DNA of 64,000 bases, from contig CAZXUJ010000001.1 in the NCBI GenBank assembly GCA_964643995.1, positions 273,492 through 337,491 on the forward strand. The letters are read 5' to 3'. Source of the stretch: an uncultured Candidatus Saccharibacteria bacterium. Its GTDB lineage: Bacteria > Patescibacteriota > WWE3 > UBA101185 > UBA10185. Made by a program: the position numbers and the translations under genes. The notes beneath the pieces are model-generated. The model saw only the letters and a list, made by a program, of their open reading frames with translations, had not been told where the DNA came from and did no database searches. Of this stretch, positions 61,366-64,000 are shown piece by piece (position 1 is the first letter of the stretch; every line of letters starts with the position of its first letter).

Positions 61366-61668
61366 ATGTCGGAAAAAAACACTAGTACATTTACTCATGG
61401 AATGCTCTTGGGCACTGTTATAGGTGTAACTATAGGAGTTTTTCTTTTTCCCCCACAAGGTAGCACAAACAGAAAAAAACTAAAAAAGATCAAAGACAAA
61501 GCAAGTGAAAAGTTAGCAGAAGTTAAGCCAAACGTAGACGAGGTTGAAAAGATAGTAGCCAATCAAATAACAAATTTGACAGCTTTTGCACTAGATAACA
61601 TTGATAAGAGAAAGAAAAAGGACAATAAGAACGCTGCTAAACGGAATTTCTTCAAAGCATCCTTTTAA
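61366..61668 (+). CDS. YtxH-like protein
   Basis: FTHGMLLGTVIGVTIGVFLFPPQG...RKKLK pattern. Confidence 0.7.
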   Translation: MSEKNTSTFTHGMLLGTVIGVTIGVFLFPPQGSTNRKKLKKIKDKASEKLAEVKPNVDEVEKIVANQITNLTAFALDNIDKRKKKDNKNAAKRNFFKASF

Positions 61669-61684
61669 GTGCTAAAATTTTAGT

Positions 61685-62149
61685 ATGGATATTCAAGACA
61701 ACAATCAAACGGGTATTCCTGCTTCACAGCAAGATGATAGCGCTCAAGATGACACACGCCACCTACAGCCAGATGTCCCTGGGTCCGCAGAAGGTACAAT
61801 ATTTCTAAAATCGCCCGAGCTTCAAAACATCAAAATAGAAAAATACGCAGAAGCCACACCAACCCCTGAAGTACCCCCTCAAGAAAGTATGCCAATGCCA
61901 GAGGTATTAAAAGCACCTGAAGTAGAAGTGCAAAAAGTGGAGACTATTGCTCCAGAACCTATACCAACCCAACCAACACCACCGATGGTTACATCTATCG
62001 TAGAAGAACCCAAAAACACTGTTGATCTAAGAACTAGCCACGAACCACTACACAACGTACCCAAACTTGCAGACAAATACACAGTTAAAGCTGACGAAGA
62101 TGAGAGTCTATTTATAAATGAGGTAGAAAAACAACATGAGCATCAATGA
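61685..62149 (+). CDS. Pro/Glu-rich disordered hypothetical protein
   Basis: 154-aa ORF overlapping the next gene start; TGn-TAAAAT box 6 nt upstream. Confidence 0.65.
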   Translation: MDIQDNNQTGIPASQQDDSAQDDTRHLQPDVPGSAEGTIFLKSPELQNIKIEKYAEATPTPEVPPQESMPMPEVLKAPEVEVQKVETIAPEPIPTQPTPPMVTSIVEEPKNTVDLRTSHEPLHNVPKLADKYTVKADEDESLFINEVEKQHEHQ

Positions 62150-64000
62150 AGTACTGTTCAATCTCTTTTTTATAACCCTATATATAGTCATATTAATTGG
62201 TTTTTTCTGGGGAATAATAAGCTGGCTTGTAAACTGGAAGCGCAAGAAAAATCTAGCTAAAACACAGTATAAACTCACGTTTTTGCAAATAAAAATGCCA
62301 CAACAAGATGAAAGTGAAATCGAAGCAATGGAACATCTACTTTCAAGTTTATCGGGACTACGAAAGTCTTCTTTTTCAGCATTCCTGTCAGAACAGAACC
62401 GAATTTCATTTGAGATTGTCTCAAAAAGCAGCGGAATAGGATTTTATGTTGTAGTTCCGGACGATTTGCTTAATTATCTAGAAAAACAGATAAACAGTGC
62501 CTACCCTAATGCTGAAATAGACATTATCGATCCAAACGAAATTTGGGATCGTGGGGCGTTTACAGCAATAACTGAACTTAAGACCACTGGGGAAACATTT
62601 TTTCCAATAAACACCTACGAGGATTTAGGTAAATCTGATCCACTGAGCGGTATAACTTCTGCCTTAAGCAAACTAAGAGACGACGATGTAATAGCAATAC
62701 AATTTTTGGTATCTCCTGCAGGAATGGGATGGCAATCAGCTGGCAGGAGTTTTGTTTCAAGACTTAAAGTGAAAAGCTCAAATCAAGAATCTGGTCACAT
62801 AGTTGATACATCAATGTCCGAGGGTGTTGAAAAGAAAATAACTAAGCCAGGATTTGAAATAAAAATTAGAATCGTATCAATCTCAAAAAACACGCAAGAG
62901 GCTTATGGTCACCTAGAAAACGTAGTAAATGCATTTGAACAGTTTTCAAATGTTAAATATGCAAGATTCCGACGAGTAAATCCGATGAGAATAGGGTGTA
63001 CCATCGACGATTTTATATACCGTCGAATGAGACCAAAAAACTTCACAATTCCATTGTTTAATATAACTCTATACAGAAACACATCCACTCTTAACACACA
63101 AGAACTTGCTACGATAATTCATTTTCCAGGACAAAACATAAAAACTCCTAATATAATCTGGTTGCAGGCACGTAAAGCTGCAGCACCTACTAATGTTCCA
63201 AAGGAAGGACTATACCTTGGCGAGAACGTGTTTAGGGGTGTAACAACAAAAGTTCACATGAAACCTTCAGATAGAAACCGCCACTTTTATATTATTGGCC
63301 AGACAGGTACGGGTAAATCTGTCTTTATGAGCTCTTTAGCATTGCAAGACATATACAACGGACATGGCTTGGCATATATAGATCCGCACGGTACTGAAAT
63401 AGATAAGCTACTTGAGGAAATGCCAGAGCATCGAATGCAAGACGTAATATTGTTTGATCCTTCGGATACTGAGAGACCAATGGGTATAAATGTACTAGAT
63501 GCAGGGGACGAAGGGGAAAGAAATATGGCCGTAAACGCCTTCATAGCTCTATTATACAAGTTATATGACCCTAATCACTCCGGCATAATAGGACCGCAAT
63601 TGGAGAGAACTGTAAGAAATATGATGTTAACAGCAATGTATGATTCCGAGAGTACGTTAGTAGATGTTATGAGGTTAGTTATAGATGCAAATTATTCGAA
63701 AAAATATCTGCCGTTAATTACAGACCCACTAGTAATGAAGTATTGGACTGATGAGGTTGCAAAAACCAGTGACTTTCATAAGAGCGAGAAAATGGGTTAT
63801 TTCGTATCTAAATTCGACCGGTTTGTAACTGAGAAAATGATGCGAAATATTATTGGACAACCAAAATCAGCAATAGACTTTCAAAAGATTATGGCCGAAA
63901 GAAAGATACTTTTAGTTAATTTATCAAAAGGTAAAATTGGCGAAGAAAATTCAACATTCTTGGGGCTATTACTGGTACCTAAGCTGTTGCAAGCTGCACT
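62136..64000 (+). CDS. VirD4/TraD-like (HerA/FtsK superfamily) membrane ATPase, 3' end outside window
   Basis: MSINEV start, N-terminal TM; in-frame DRNRHFYIIGQTGTGKS, IDPHG, LVNLSKGKIGE. Confidence 0.88.
   Translation, partial: MSINEVLFNLFFITLYIVILIGFFWGIISWLVNWKRKKNLAKTQYKLTFLQIKMPQQDESEIEAMEHLLSSLSGLRKSSFSAFLSEQNRISFEIVSKSSGIGFYVVVPDDLLNYLEKQINSAYPNAEIDIIDPNEIWDRGAFTAITELKTTGETFFPINTYEDLGKSDPLSGITSALSKLRDDDVIAIQFLVSPAGMGWQSAGRSFVSRLKVKSSNQESGHIVDTSMSEGVEKKITKPGFEIKIRIVSISKNTQEAYGHLENVVNAFEQFSNVKYARFRRVNPMRIGCTIDDFIYRRMRPKNFTIPLFNITLYRNTSTLNTQELATIIHFPGQNIKTPNIIWLQARKAAAPTNVPKEGLYLGENVFRGVTTKVHMKPSDRNRHFYIIGQTGTGKSVFMSSLALQDIYNGHGLAYIDPHGTEIDKLLEEMPEHRMQDVILFDPSDTERPMGINVLDAGDEGERNMAVNAFIALLYKLYDPNHSGIIGPQLERTVRNMMLTAMYDSESTLVDVMRLVIDANYSKKYLPLITDPLVMKYWTDEVAKTSDFHKSEKMGYFVSKFDRFVTEKMMRNIIGQPKSAIDFQKIMAERKILLVNLSKGKIGEENSTFLGLLLVPKLLQAA

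Noticed and set aside
1-64000. CRISPR arrays, rRNA or tRNA genes, and the many 60-190 aa antisense ORFs
   Set aside because: No spaced direct repeats or RNA gene signatures were seen by eye; the antisense ORFs lie within well-supported genes.

Overview
Bacterial chromosomal window, AT-rich, standard genetic code (TAA, TAG and TGA all end core genes). Compact operons, minimized housekeeping proteins (short IF2, L3 and PGK, ATPase-only Lon), monoderm envelope genes and a VirD4-like ATPase point to Patescibacteria/CPR, probably WWE3/Microgenomates-like (inference, not verified). Order: S10 ribosomal protein cluster, tuf, fusA, rpsG, rpsL, rpoC, rpoB, lepB (minus strand); a disrupted ~1086-aa accessory gene; secA, uppP, serS, nrnA, a lysS-HD fusion; pgk-ferredoxin-AOR-like-tpiA; LCP, holA, sortase, a sortase substrate, pilO/pilN, rpsT, murJ; a small decayed island (PLD pseudogene, IS256-like element, recombinase remnant); lepA, hrcA-grpE-dnaK, dnaJ, nusA-infB, rpsO-pnp, Lon-like ATPase, UDG, rnj, ftsK and a VirD4-like ATPase cut by the window end. 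Most notable: (1) a T-box-like serS leader with an ultrashort Stem I, a UCC specifier and an apparent three-helix relay onto the ribosome binding site; (2) a half-size AOR-family protein plus ferredoxin between pgk and tpiA, with no gapA in the cluster; (3) LysRS fused to an HD hydrolase; (4) an unannotated 34-aa membrane peptide whose mRNA ends can pair, like a type I toxin; (5) a sortase substrate apparently co-transcribed with pilN/pilO. No rRNA, tRNA or CRISPR array was seen. All RNA structures were paired by eye, and no database searches were run.
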